Assembly (NCBI GenBank): GCA_002269645.1
Contig: NIVC01002694.1
Location: forward strand, 85,213-149,212
From: Macrostomum lignano
Lineage: Eukaryota
DNA length: 64,000 nucleotides
Reading direction: 5' to 3'
A program made the translations under genes and the position numbers. The first letter of the stretch is position 1. Each line of letters opens with the position of its first letter. Under the pieces are notes generated by a model. That model had not been told where the DNA came from. It worked only from the letters and a program-made list of their open reading frames with translations, and searched no databases. Below, piece after piece: positions 50,060 to 63,975 of the stretch.

Positions 50060-52375
50060 GAGACGAGAGGAGAGGAAAAACGAGAGGAAAGAGGAGAGAA
50101 GAGAGAAGGGAGAGGAGAGAGGAGAGAAGAGAGAAAGGAGAGGAGAGAAAAGAGAAGAGAGAAGGGAGAGGAGAGAAGAGAAAAGGGAGAGGGAGAGGAG
50201 AGAAGAGAGAAGGGAGAGGGAGAGAGAGAGAAGAGAGAAGGGAGAGGAGAGAAAAGAGAAGAGAGAAGGGAGAGGAGAGAAGAGAAAAGGGAGAGGAGAG
50301 AAGAGAAAAGAGAAAAGGGAGAGGAGAGAAGAGAAAAGAGAGAAGGGAGAGGAGAGAAGAGAGAAGGGAGAAGGGAGAGGAGAGAAGAGAGAAGAGAGAA
50401 GGGAGAGGAGAGAAGAGAGAAGGGAGAGGAGAGAAGAGAAAAGAGAGAAGGGAGAGGAGAGAAGAGAGAAGGGAGAGGAGAGAAGAGAGAAGGGAGAGGG
50501 AGAGAGGAGAGAAGGGAGAGGGAGAGAGGAGAGAAGAGAGAAGGGAGAGGAGAGAACAGAGAAGGGAGAGGAGAGAAGAGAAAAGAGAGAAGGGAGAGGA
50601 GAGAAGAGAAAAGAGAGAAGGGAGAGGAGAGAAGAGAGAAGGGAGAGGAGAGAACAGAGAAGGGAGAGGAGAGAAGGAGAGAGGAGAGAAGAGAGAAGGG
50701 AGAGGAGAGAAGAGAGAAGGGAGAGGAGAGAAGAGAAAAGAGAGAAGGGAGAGGAGAGAAGAGAGAAGAGAGAAGGGAGAGGAGAGAAGAGAAAAGGGAG
50801 AGGAGAGAAGAGAAAAGAGAAAAGGAGAGGAGAGAAGAGAAAAGAGAGGGAGAGGAGAGAAGAGAGAAGGGAGAAGGGAGAGGAGAGAAGAGAGAAGAGA
50901 GAAGGGAGAGGAGAGAAGAGAGAAGGGAGAGGAGAGAAGAGAAAAGAGAGAAGGGAGAGGAGAGAAGAGAGAAGGGAGAGGAGAGAACAGAGAAGGGAGA
51001 GGAGAGAAGGAGAGAGGAGAGAAGAGAGAAGGGAGAGGAGAGAAGAGAGAAGGGAGAGGAGAGAAGAGAAAAGAGAGAAGGGAGAGGAGAGAAGAGAGAA
51101 GGGAGAAGGGAGAGGAGAGAAGAGAAAAGAGAGAAGGAGAGAGGAGAGAAGAGAGAAGGGAGAGGAGAGAAGAGAGAAGGGAGAGGAGAGAAGAGAAAAG
51201 AGAGAAGGGACAGGAGAGAAGAGAGAAGGGAGAAGGGAGAGGAGAGAAGAGAAAAGAGAGAAGGAGAGAGGAGAGAAGAGAGAAGGGAGAGGAGAGAAGA
51301 GAGAAGAGAGAAGGGAGAGGAGAGAAGAGAGAAGAGAGAAGGGAGAGGAGAGAAGAGAAAAGGGAGAGGAGAGAAGAGAGAAGGGAGAGGAGAGAAGAGA
51401 GAAGGGAGAGGGAGAGAGGAGAGAAGGGAGAGGAGAGAGGAGAGAAGAGAGAAGGGAGAGGAGAGAACAGAGAAGGGAGAGGAGAGAAGAGAAAAGAGAG
51501 AAGGGAGAGGAGAGAAGAGAGAAGGGAGAGGAGAGAAGAGAGAAGGGAGAGGGAGAGAGGAGAGAAGGGAAGGGAGAGAGGAGAGAAGAGAGAAGGGAGA
51601 GGAGAGAACAGAGAAGGGAGAGGAGAGAAGAGAAAAGAGAGAAGGGAGAGGAGAGAAGAGAGAAGGGAGAGGAGAGAACAGAGAAGGGAGAGGAGAGAAG
51701 GAGAGAGGAGAGAAGAGAGAAGGGAGAGGAGAGAAGAGAGAAGGGAGAGGAGAGAAGAGAAAAGAGAGAAGGGAGAGGAGAGAAGAGAGAAGGGAGAAGG
51801 GAGAGGAGAGAAGAGAAAAGAGAGAAGGAGAGAGGAGAGAAGAGAGAAGGGAGAGGAGAGAAGAGAGAAGGGAGAGGAGAGAAGAGAAAAGAGAGAAGGG
51901 AGAGGAGAGAAGAGAGAAGGGAGAAGGGAGAGGAGAGAAGAGAAAAGAGAGAAGGAGAGAGGAGAGAAGAGAGAAGGGAGAGGAGAGAAGAGAGAAGAGA
52001 GAAGGGAGAGGAGAGAAGAGAGAAGGGAGAGGAGAGAAGAGAGAAGGGAGAGGAGAGAAGAGAGAAGGGAGAGGAGAGAGAGAGAAAAGGGAGAGGAGAG
52101 AAGAGAGAAGGGAGAGGAGAGAGAGAGAAGGGAGAGGGAGAGAGAGAGAAGAGAGGAGAGAGAGAAGAGGAGAGGGAGAGAGAGAAGAGAAAGAGAGAAG
52201 GGAGAGGAGAGAAGAGAGAAGGGAGAAGGGAGAGGAGAGAAGAGAGAGAGAGAAGGGAGAGGAGAGAAGAGATAAGGGAGAGGAGAGAAGAGATAAGGAG
52301 TGGAGAGAGGAGAAGAGAGGGAGAGGAAAAGAGAGATGAGATCAGAGAAGAGAGAGACGAAAGAAGAGAGCTGAG
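50060..52375 (+). repeat. 2.3-kb polypurine (GA-rich) tract
   Basis: The plus strand is almost exclusively A/G, built from GAGAAGAGAGAAGGGAGAGGA-type units, with only scattered C or T. Confidence 0.97.
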
Positions 52376-53242
52376 AAGACACCAACGTTAAGCTTGGCCG
52401 GATTGCTATAGCGAAGTTTCAAAGGACCCGAGGGCGGGACAGAGAGGTTTCGCGGCCGCATGTGGCCCGTGGACCGGAGGTTGGCAACCACTGAACTAGA
52501 CAGTAGTCCGAGTAGTTTTTATTCTAATCCATACTCCATCGCTGACGATGAACGCTTTCCATTGTTAATGCCAAATATTCCCAAACAAAATCAATACTCG
52601 AATCCCCAATGTCGACATCCGCAGACCTGACCAGCTATGATCGAGAACAGCTCACTCTCAACCGGAGTATCACCTACAAGCTGATAACCGCAGGCACCAA
52701 CAGCCTGCAGCTCCGGCTCAAGCGTCTCTACCAACAGGGCTCAACGAGTGCCAGCAAAGTGCTCATAAAACTGTCCACCTTTTATCCCGGAGTCGAGCTG
52801 GGCTCCGGCAAGTACAAGCTGCACATCTGCGCAGCCAATTCGAGCCGGCCGCATCTGGTCCGAGTGAAAATGAGTCATGTGTTATCAATCGACTCGCGCC
52901 ACGAGTCGGCCTACTCGATCTGCGTTGTCATCAACACGGTTGGGCCGCTGTACGAGTTCTGCGACGCCCAGATCAGTCTGGGCGGCGACCAGCTGCCGTT
53001 TCAACGCTCCACACTATTCGATGGGTTGAGCAGTTCGACCAGGCTGCCTAATGGGACTCACGCCTTTACCTGCGTGAACTACTCCAGCCTGTGGAGGAGC
53101 TACCCCACTGTTGACATCTCTCAACTGCTGCTTCGGAATCCGCAAAAGCTCTACGTGAATGCTTATATAATGAAATCTGACGATGGTGAGTGCTTTTGGT
53201 TCTCTCTCTCAAACTGCTCATCGATTTCTGGTCATGGATTTC

Positions 53243-53775
53243 TGATCCCGATCCCAGATCCCCGATCCCAGATCCCCGATCCCCGATCCCAGATCCCCGA
53301 TCCCCGATCCCAGATCCCCGATCCCCGATCCCCGATCCCCGATCCCCGATCCCCGATCCCCGATCCCCGATCCCCGATCCCCGATCCCCGATCCCAGATC
53401 CTCGATCCCAGATCCCCGATCCCGATCCCCGATCCCCGATCCCCGATCCCAGATCCCCGATCCAGATCCTCGATCCCAGATCCCCGATCCCCGATCCAGA
53501 TCCCCGATCCCCGATCCCCGATCCCCGATCCCGATCCCGATCCCCGATCCCAGATCCCGATCCCCGATCCTAGATCCCGATCCCAGATCCCGATCCCCGA
53601 TCCCAGATCCCCGATCCCAGATCCCCGATCCCAGATCCCCGATCCCAGATCCCCGATCCCAGATCCCCGATCCAGATCCCCGATCCCAGATCTCCGATCC
53701 CAGATCCCCGATCCCAGATCCCGATCCCAGATCCCGATCCCAGATCCCCGATCCCAGATCGCCGATCCCAGATGA
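53243..53775. repeat. GATCCC(C/A)-type 6-7-bp microsatellite (intronic)
   Basis: Mixed GATCCCC / GATCCCA / GATCCC units. Confidence 0.97.
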
Positions 53776-54465
53776 TTCCAGATCCATGATTCATGGTCTC
53801 CGATCCCAACTAGGATTCAGGAATATTCGATTCCAGATTTCAAGCTCAGGTCTCAGATCCAAAAACTTCCAGCAGGTCGGATATTCCCCAGATCCTAGAT
53901 AAGGCTATCCAATATCCAAATGAATGATTCCAGACGGCCAGGCGGACGCCACAGCCTGGGAGACGCTGGTGTACTATCGCACGGATCCTCAAAAGGCAGC
54001 ATAATGAACATAGTCAACTGCGACAGCCAGTTCACAGGCGAAGGCGAAGTCGCCCTCTCGTCTAACGCAGAATCCCAGCCGACGGGCTCCTACTCGCGGA
54101 GTTCACCCTGCAGCTGCCGCCGAACGCTTCGCTGCTGGTGCGGCCAACGAGCTGGACCTTCTGGCGCCGATGCTGACAGCGAGCTGACGCCCTACAGCGG
54201 CCAGTCAATGTCGATGGAGCGGCTGGCCAATAAGCTGAACTGCTCAGGCGGCGACGAGATTTGGGCCTACGGCGAGTCATCTGCGGCGGGCCGGCCCGCC
54301 ACATCTGCGTGTCTGGCGACGCTGACGCCTGCCGCTACGACACGTTTCGGGTGCGGCTGCTGGTGCAGCGAAAACTGCTGAATGGAAGCCGGAGAGCTCA
54401 TAGCTATGAGGGTTTGGACAGCTGGGGTGAGTGTGCGGATGGACACTAAAGATGGACACTAGACA

Positions 54466-54880
<415 letters not shown>

Positions 54881-56675
54881 GGATTGCACAGAGACAGCAG
54901 TATAAAGCATTATGCACCTCCCTCAGGCGGTGCCATACGTCAAGCGAGTCACCGTGCAGTGGCAGTTCGTGCAGCCGGGCCCCCTGCCCGATCAGATCAT
55001 GCCGGCCATCGGTCGGGTCGAGGACGCCCTGCGCACTTGAAAAGTGGCGTCACTCAGGCCGAAGCAATGATGAGGAGGCAGCATAATAGCAATAAGATCA
55101 GAAGTTATAATAGTTTAAAGGAAGATAAAAAGTTTACGCGAAAGGTAAGTATAGGCTACTTTTGTGTTGTTTAATGATGATGGGCGTAGGCGCACTGGCA
55201 TTTGCAATGGGGAGTTGCAGTTCCGGAGCTGAAAAATCTCGTTCATTGATTTTGTCTACTCATCTGATACTTGCGATATGACAGCTGAAACGTATTCTAT
55301 AATAGTTTGGAATTTAGATGCATAAAAGTTTGTTCTTGTTAAAAAGTTGACAAGGGTACTTGGCTTCTCTGCCAAGATTCTCTGTCAGATTTAGCGTTAA
55401 TAGTTGTCATGGAGGGAACTTTTACCCAATTGAAGTAATGTACTTTGTTCATTACTAAATTCAACTAAACAAATTTCAGTTCAAGCGAAAGGAAGCCGTC
55501 CTCAGGCTTGCAAGGAGACCCTACGGCAGACGCAGTTCCGCAGACGCCACCGACAAGCTTATCGACTGTCAGTCAAGTGTCAGCATCATCTGCTCAATCG
55601 CACCTGTCCACAGAGAAGCGCCGATCTGGCCTATTCATCGAAAGAATTCACCGATGTGAACTTCAACGTTCAAATCGAGTCGCCGGCAACTTCGAGTTTC
55701 GCGGCGGTCTACTCGCCCTGGTGAACCGATTTCGCTGTTGGCTTCAGAGTCAAATTGTCCGACCGTTTCGCTACCAAACTGACCAAGCTGATGACTGACT
55801 CGTTAATCAACGAATGAAACACAAGGCGCTCAACTAAGAAGTTTATCGATTAGTGAAGAAGCTGATTGAGACCAGGCTATTGGCTACACTGTCCATGACA
55901 AACTGCCTACCAACGCCAGACAGGGCTTCGTGAAGTTCATACCGCGAACCAACGGAAACTCAATCGGCAATGAGGCCAATCTCGGCCAGGCCGCAGCGTC
56001 GCAGCTTCGGTCGCGACGACGGCGGCGGCCGCTGCGGCACAGGCTGCGGCGATTCAGAAAAAAGGCTAAAAAAGTTTTAAAAAGACACACAATGCTGCAA
56101 GACATCATCAGCGAACTGAAGTTGGAGTTTGATAGCTTCAATAAAAGCTTGTCAGACAGCTTGTCCCGGTTCAAGGACTCCCAACAGCGAGGCCACTGGT
56201 TGGACGCCAAGATTTTCGATGGACTTGAAAACAGATCCGATCAATCCGCTGCCAATGAGTACCTGGCTGGTACGTTTACAGCGGCGCCCGTGTCTCGGTT
56301 AAGTCGGCCGGGCCCGCACCGGAGACCCTACTCGCTGTTTGGCTTTAAAATTGATGGATATATTTCTTCGGCAAAACTGAGGCGGCATGTGAGACAGTGA
56401 CAGACATTGCAATCCGCACGCGCTCAAAGGGATTTTTTGATTAGGCGAGCTGCTGAATTTTATGAACCTTAGAAACTTGGGATGTATGAAAACTGAAATG
56501 GCTGAAAGGTAGGGCATTTGTTAAAGTCAGGAATAAAACTCAGATGTTATCAGCAGAAACTATTGGTTACACCAAGGACAGAATGAACTCAGATGTACTC
56601 TGAGGGAACTTGCTGTGCATATATTATATACACAGCATGAACACAACGATGCTACTTTGTGCAGTTAGCCATGAA

Positions 56676-56950
56676 GGGTTGTAACCTAGTGATTAGAGCG
56701 TCAGACTCCGACTGAAACGTCGGGGGTTCGATTCTCGACCACCCAGACAATTTAGACAACTTAACTTTGCATTGCTTCAGTTCACCCAGCTGTAAAATGG
56801 GTCCCAGCATTAGCTGGGAGTAATTGAGGGGGTGTGAGTCGACCCCCCAGCCCTCGGACTGAACAGCCGTACGCAGCCTTCAGCAGCAGCGCAATAGCTG
56901 CGGCTGAGCTGTCGGTTGCACATCTGCCCATTACTGCCCATACTTAGCTC
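56676..56950 (+). mobile_element. tRNA-derived SINE with CORE-like central domain
   Basis: tRNA-like head with an A-box-like TAACCTAGTGATTAGAGCG and B box GGTTCGATTC, followed by GCATTGCTTCAGTTCACCCAGCTGTAAAATGGG, similar to the CORE/MIR domain end. The 3' boundary is approximate. Confidence 0.75.
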
Positions 56951-58749
56951 GTATATACTTTAGCTGAAAAATTCTGTAGTTATAGCAATTTTTCCGTTGA
57001 TTAAGGCATAGACAATAGATAAAATTTTTATCTTTAATGACGATTCGGCAGCAAGTCTAACTCAACCCCTGAAGTGTAATGCAACTTCAATTTTCCGTAC
57101 AATTCGTGCGCACGAAACCATGTGCGTCTGAAAACTGTAGAGCAGTTTTTGCGCCAAGTTTCACCTGCGCACTTGCATATAACCTCCCAACGACAGCAGC
57201 AAATCGTTAAAGAATTCCGGTGAATGAAAAAAATTGACACATAAAGCAACCGAAGCGAACGCACTTTTGAACAAAGTGGATAAAAAAATTAACATTTCAG
57301 CAACTCCTGTTGTTTTAGCCACTTTCCCGTAAGAGTACATAGTTTTAGTTTCCTCATTGACGTGTCTAACAAAAACTGCTTCAAGTTGATCGCGCGCATT
57401 GTTCGATAATCTAGTTATCCATTCGAAGTTTCCATTGGCGTTTAAAGCTTTGTATTTTTTTAATTAATATCATTTTGAACGGAAAAATTATATTTTTGGT
57501 AGATCTTCCAGGGGAGAACTACTCGTAATAATTCTGGAGAATAGTTGCCGACGACCAAGACACAATTATAAATGAGCTAAAATTTTGTTGTTTCGTCAAT
57601 GCTACCTTTATTTTTGTGTTATTACTCGCGCATTATATTATCTCGCTCTTGTTTCGGAATTGTAACCGCATTTGCATTTTTGTCGATACATTTAAATTTC
57701 TATATAATGCCTCCCCGCAATGCCGTGCATACGAATACAAATTTCCTGAAAACACAGCCATCCGTATTGACTTTTTGTGAAACAATCGACTTAGACTGAC
57801 TACTACCTCAATCGCGCTTGCGAAAATGCATACCTGTTTTTGTGAACTCAGTTAGCTATATTATATGAGTAGTTATGCAGTGTGCAGTAACGTTGAATTT
57901 TGAGGATTGAAAGAAGCCGGGAAAGTCACGATAGATAATTCAATTCTTAGAAATAATTATAGAACGTCTAAACTGTTTTTTTTCATTTTTACTCTTTTTA
58001 TTCCTAATGAGAATCGTTTATACAATCAATTTTCAAGTATTTTTCGCAGCCGCTTTTGTGTGTGATTGAAACATTTTTAAAAATTCTCGTAAAGAAACTG
58101 TTTCAGTTGAGAACCAGAGCCTCGGGTTCAAGCGTATCTTTAAGTAATACGACGGCCCTATGCACTCTTGCTAATGTCAAAGGGATGTAGCAGCAGCAGC
58201 AGCATCTTAACATGTATAATAATTTTACTATATTTTCGTTCTTTTGCTCTTTTCGCTTTTTTGCGCCCCGTATTAAAACAAACCGGCTTTGTGTTGCCGC
58301 TTGCAGCGAACCAGTGCGCAAGCGATTATAAATAAATGCATACAATAATAACCCATTGTCATGTGCATATGCAGCATTAATTTCATAGAATTTCTCTGTT
58401 AATCTGCTCATATATCATTTTTCATAAACTGAAATTCGAACACGGAGTTTAGCTTGTTAAAGATTAAGGATCTGTATGATGTATTGTAGCTACATAAATT
58501 GTAAAAAATGACGACAAAGACTATTGGTAGTTTTTGGTAAAAGTACATTTGTTTAGAAAGCGGTGAATAGAGCACGTCAAGAGTATAGCCAGTGCGTTAG
58601 TTCCAAGTTTATTGCTGTTTTCACAAATATTTTTATCGAATTAGAATTGGGATAATAAAAAATCAAAAATGCGACAATACAGCTGCCAAGTATGTGACGT
58701 TCGGTGTACGCAGAAATAAAATTACATAAATTTTACTTGTAGGAGGGTA

Positions 58750-61500
58750 CTTCGGGGATAAATTGACGACAGAATATACGGATTGCAAGCTGGAGAACCG
58801 ATCGACATTCGTTGCGGGACTTCTATTAATGTTATTAATCGTTTTTCGTCCATCTAGTCATCGCCACGATTCGACACGCATCAGCGCCGACGAGTTGATT
58901 TCAATCTTCGACTTCTATCGGTTTCGTACTCCAACTGCAGGTCGGACACAGACATGAGCTCCCTAGTTTGCGGCTGGTCGGCCTGACTCGATTGCGCAAT
59001 TGGACGATTCATTTGAAAAGCGGAATTATTAGACAGGCTAGCGGCCGATTTTCCAGCAGTTGTTGACGAGACCAGACTAGCCGAACTCCGGGAATCGGCG
59101 GCGGCTCTTTCCAGTCTGGAACGGCGCGGGTCCAATGCGGACAGCAAAGCCTCGAGATTTGCACCACCATTGCTAGAGAGCCGGGTGGCAGGTCGGAAGA
59201 TGACTGGCCTGCGTTCGGATCAGATGAGATTATTTTTGCATAACACTAATAATTAAGCAGAATGCGTGAACAACTCTGCCCTGAACATATTCAAAGAGAG
59301 AATCTACTCATGGATGATGTAAAAAATAAAAACTAACCAGATCTGTGTTCAGAAGCTCGAGGCCGACGAATATCTTTGCGCAGTTTAGACGTGTTGGAAT
59401 ATTGCGATTGACGGCGCAACTCGTGGCGACTATCGACACCAATGCTTGGCTTGTTGGAGAAATTGCTGCAACTGTCTTTGTGTACTAGAGATGGATACGG
59501 AGGGAGTGGTGTGCATCTATAAAGTTTGTAAAGCTAAGCGGCACATGGTTAACGTTTATTTCCAGGGCAAGATTGGATATTAATTTCAATGGCGATCGTT
59601 CAGCACACGAAATTAGGGGTTTTCTCTGGACAAGATTGCATGTATATTATTCTTCTTGCTTCTTACCCAAGTCATCTGGGTACTTGGGTCATTTCAGGGT
59701 CGTTGCAGGTAAAACAGGTAAAATAGGAAAGAAGTGCCTCTAGACGACTCTAAAACGACGAGATGTCACGCTACAAGTTGCCAAAAAGTCGTCAGAGTCG
59801 CCCAAGAGTCAATTTGAGGCGTTTTTTGTCTACGATTTTAGGCGTGCTAGAGTGGCTTTAGAATCACTGGGTTGCGGCTAAAGTGCAGCTGCGTCTCTTT
59901 ATGAATTAGAATCGCATTTCGCATTTATAACAACTCCATCTAGTCTACTTGAGTTAGTAGAAGGCTAAGCGCTAATACAGCGACACAGTGATGCTCATGA
60001 CTCAACAGTCGCATTACAGTCGTTGGAGTCGTTAAAAAGTCACAAGAGTCACCCCAGAGTAATGAGCTGTTTGCAATGACTCTTTAGCGATTCTTGTCAC
60101 GGTAAAGTTTTAAACAGGTTAATGTTCATTAAGACCCGGTTATTACTTTTCATTCCTAATTCCTGTGCAGCAACCTATATCGACCGACGTTTCCAAAATC
60201 TCGACGTCGCTGGCAAATTGGTACTTCTACAACATCGACAATTACAATTGCACCGACGTTCGGTCGACCTATAATGTTGTTATGCGTCGGCATAGTGTAA
60301 AAATACTTTCATTTGCCAGCGACGTCCATGTACGTTGTCATCGTCGGAATGTTGCACAAAATTGCAGATGCTATGCAGGACTACACAGTAACAATAGAAT
60401 ATGCGTTAATGCATCAGCTACCTCTCGAGGATTTAGAAGTGCGACCAACGCCGAGTTTGCTCCAACTGCATCCGGTAACAGCGTCGCGATTGTTGTTATC
60501 CTTGTTCAAATCGGCGGCCTTCGAGACTTGCGCGTTAGATCTCGCTGGCAATTCAACACCTGTGATTTTTGCATTAGCCGGAACGGGAGACTCCGAGATG
60601 GAATCGGCTCTGCTTTCGGTGCCTGGAATTTATCGAAAAAATTTACGACTAAGCCATACTCATATGAATAGATTTCTACTGAGAAATGTGTAGCTATTTA
60701 AAAAATACTTGTTTTTGTTTAGGTATCAGAATCCGTCGAACATCTGACAGAAAGACTCCCGGAAGACCACAGAACAGTTAAAGCATGTTGACGGACCCTA
60801 TAAACGAAGCTCTAAATGCAGCACCCTAACAGACTGCTAATAATGCAGTCTTAATGTCTTTAAATCGTAGATAATCTAGATTACGAATTCTGCTCACTAA
60901 GGATCTTACTGAATCTATAGGCACCAGTTTATATCCTATCGGCAAGTAAATTTACATCAAAAGAGCAGCATAATAGCATAACTAGATATAATACCATAAC
61001 ACTGCCAAAACAATACTAAGATTAAGACGACAAAAACCAGGAAAGCAAAAGCTACTGACATATGTCGGCCGCATCCAAGATCAGTTGAGGTTTTCTTCGA
61101 GAGCTAGCAGCGCGATTACAATCGGGACTCTCAGACGTTTCCGCGCGATAATCGGGCACAGTTCGAGCGCAATTGTTTCGACCTAGATTTTGACTGTCGC
61201 CTTGTACTTTTGGTTTGTCAACAGCCCGCAGTACCGGGTGCAGAGTAAGCCGGCCGCACCGGTCATGAGTGGCAAACACGGACAGGTCAAATCCAATCGA
61301 CAGAGGCACGCTGCTCAACTTGGTGCTCCAATTATCTGCCGATAAATCTGCTTGATGATGCTGTTTTTTTTCGCTGCTCTGCGTCTGCTGCTGCTGCTGG
61401 TGGTGTTGCTGCGCAGAAGGCGGCTCTTGATTTGAAAACGACGAGCAAGACAGTTCAGCGTCCTGCTTTGCTCTACCGCTTTCAACTAGCGCGGTCATCT
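58750..61500 (+). pseudogene. Probable degraded protein-coding sequence, family unknown
   Basis: One frame across ~58760-59590 reads as protein (IDDRIYGLQAGEPIDIRCG..; KAELLDRLAADFPAVVDETRLAELRESAAAL; LNIFKERIYSWMM) with only ~6 stops in ~280 codons and no frameshift. Further splice-bounded, protein-like segments occur at 60170-60690 and from 60723. Confidence 0.4.
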
Positions 61501-61949
61501 TTTATTGTTGTCTCTTAGCTAGTTGCCGGTTAAAGTGCACTTGGTTCGCGCTATACTGATAGTTCAACCTCAGGTCGCTCTTGTAGTCTTTTTTACGTAG
61601 AGATCAGAGCTTGATTTCTTTTATGCTAAAAATCTATACTGGAAGAAATGTCTATGGTATAAATCATATGTATTTACGTTTTCCCTGATTTTACAAAGAA
61701 AAATGAGTGAGACGGTCGGTCAAGTGGGCAGAAACAGTATCGATTTAACAGCATGCGAAATATATAACAGCAGACTCGTTCACACCGTTCGCCGTCAAAT
61801 GCGGTCATTTTTCTGTAATCACACAGCCTGTAAATTTTTTTCATAAATTTTATAGCTATCAGTCGTACAATTTGATTACCACTTTTAACAATCCTTAAGA
61901 CTATAAAATGCACTTTTGATCCTAAAACTAGGTTGTACTGACTCCTGAA

Positions 61950-63190
61950 ACTTAGACTCTTATGGTGGCTATGCAATCGTGACCACTCTATGCACCTGCA
62001 CAAATGGCTTGGTGTCTTCGCTGACTTTGTAGAAAACAAAGGCTGGGACGGGGTACAATCTGCTTCGAAGCTGAAGCCGAAGCTGTTGCATGATAAAGCC
62101 CAGATCTGCGTTTGGGATCTACCGGATCTGATAGGAAAAGCTACAAAAAGATAAAAGCGGTGCAACAAAAGCAGTTTGGTGGAGCAAGTAGTCAGCATCG
62201 CGCCATGGAAGAGTTCCAAGATCGACGGAGAAACAGCGCAGAAACACTGCAAGAGCTTTCGTATTCCTTAAAGCTGCTGTACATGACAGCCATCAGACCA
62301 GACTCAGGCTGCTTTCGGTGCGACAAGGAAGGTCACATCGCTCGCCGGTGGCCTGCTGGCGGATCTCAGGGCCGAGGTCACTGCTCCAACTGGTCCGGCT
62401 AGGGTCACAGCGCGGCCGTCTCTCCATCAAAGGTTTGGCCGTCGGGAAACTTCTGAAGGTTAGTGGCGAAGAGCCAGCTCCAATCCGCAATCAAGTGCCC
62501 AATGAGCACTCTCCATCTTCATGCAAGCAGTGGCTGCAAGCGACATCACTGCCGTCGAGGCCATGGGATACGGTCCAGATCAATATCAAAGGTCCGCTGT
62601 CAAGGACGCCACAAGACAACATTAATGTGCTGAGCAGGTGGCCGACGCTCTGGTCAGGCAGGTAGGGCTTCGGCAGGGCATTCCAGACGCAATCCACAGC
62701 GACTAAGGGTGTCAATTCGAAAGCCAACTGTTCCTGTCTCTGTGCCAGCGGCGCGGCATGCAGAAAAGCCACACTTCGATTTTCTATCTCAGCGGCGGTT
62801 GTGGCCGAGGATTAAGACGACCTTTATCAACTCGCCTTTGTCACGTGGCCCTTCAACAGCTCAGTGCACTCTAGCATGGGTCTGTCGCCGAACCAGACGC
62901 TGCACGGATGGCCACAAAGGCTGCCAATCGACGCCAAGCTGCACAGCACGACTTCACTGATGCGCTGGACTTTGCAGAGGCAACTCAGCCGGGCGCATGT
63001 TTATCAGCAGCTGCAGGGGTTACAGGCCGAGCGCAACGAGCGTAAAACATGGAAACTCGGTTCCGACCGTACAGGAGGGCGACCTGGTGATGCTGAGCTG
63101 CAAGGTGGTGAAACCTGACAGATCGAAAAGCCTCAGTAACGGCTAGACCGGGCCGTCATCATCTTGAAGAAGGTACTCGCACGTGGATTT
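61950..63190 (+). mobile_element. Internally deleted, degenerate Gypsy element (gag and integrase fragments)
   Basis: Gag-like KWLGVFADFVENKGW..DRKSYKKIKA..FG..AMEEFQ; decayed knuckle CFRCDKEGHIARRW (62310-62351); integrase pieces LPSRPWDTVQINIKGPL, IPDAIHSD*GCQFESQLF, VHSSMGLSPNQTLHGWPQRLP. Confidence 0.85.
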
Positions 63191-63589
63191 TAGAGATGCC
63201 ATCCATTGCAGCAAAGGTTTATTTTGGCGAAAGCAAGTTATCACCACTTTTTACGAAAATCTGAATCCATTTGCTGCCATTTAGGTTGTGCATTAATATG
63301 CCTGCCAGGCTCGGAGAAATGCAGCAATCGAGTGCCCACTCTCAAGTGTCGGCAGAATGTCTCAAAGCTCGCATTCACTGGCGCGTACCTAGCATGCACT
63401 TGTGGTGGGGTGGTGGGTGACAGGTTGGCCTTGGTGCACTTGCTGCTTCAGATGCTGCACCCGCTCTGCGTCACGCTAAAGTGCGGTCAGCAGAAGATAG
63501 AAATTCGGCACTTTCTCACCACGCTATTTGAACTGCGCATGCCAAGCCTAGGTGGCATAACTGCAGGGCTGTCCGGAGGGGACACAGCG

Positions 63590-63975
63590 GGAAGGCGCGG
63601 GCGCCATTCCGCTAACCTAGGTGCATTGTTGTTTGTGTACTGTTCAGACGCAAATGGCATCCCGTCCCACATAGGGTACTGTAGTCAGGTTGCATGCACA
63701 TATTCTGTCAGCTCTAACAAGGCGCTGATTCGCTCTTGCCATTGCTGCAAGGCCATCCAGCATGCAAGGAAACGGCGGACAAGGAATCGAAAGCAGCATG
63801 CGTACCAATAACTTGAATGCAGGGTAGTTGCATACTGCACCTGCAATCCAATGGTCTGGGCTTGCCTAAAAACAGCCCAATAATAATGACAAAAACTACC
63901 ACAGACTTGGGCTGCCAAATAAAATGGCTTGCCAGGTGGCCTACTCAAAGTTGCAAATAAGTTGGACAGGTGCAT
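63590..63975 (-). mobile_element. Degenerate Mutator-like (MULE) transposase fragment
   Basis: GSFCHYYWAVFRQAQTIGLQVQY..FRFLVRRFLA and ELTEYVHAT*LQYPMWDG..YTNNNA..W..RL resemble the GCxFH..QA..R..GL..Y and Y...W..MW..TNNxxE.W motifs of MULE transposases. Confidence 0.7.

Noticed and set aside
50028-52385. 785-aa Leu/Ser/Pro/Phe ORF
   Set aside because: Translation of the polypyrimidine strand, which cannot contain stop codons.
55490-56400. ORFs 55508-55798 and 55930-56400 (Arg/Lys-rich)
   Set aside because: Protein-like patches switch frames and match no family I recognise; they may belong to the neighbouring decayed gene but cannot be supported as a CDS.
58750-61050. Alternative genetic code (TAA/TAG = Gln) as an explanation for the in-frame stops
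   Set aside because: TGA stops also interrupt the frame, and neighbouring genes use TAA and TAG as normal stops.
61052-61498. 148-aa minus-strand ORF with a poly-Gln stretch
   Set aside because: No recognisable domain or splice context. It may be the antisense shadow of the degraded plus-strand coding remnant, and strand cannot be settled by eye.
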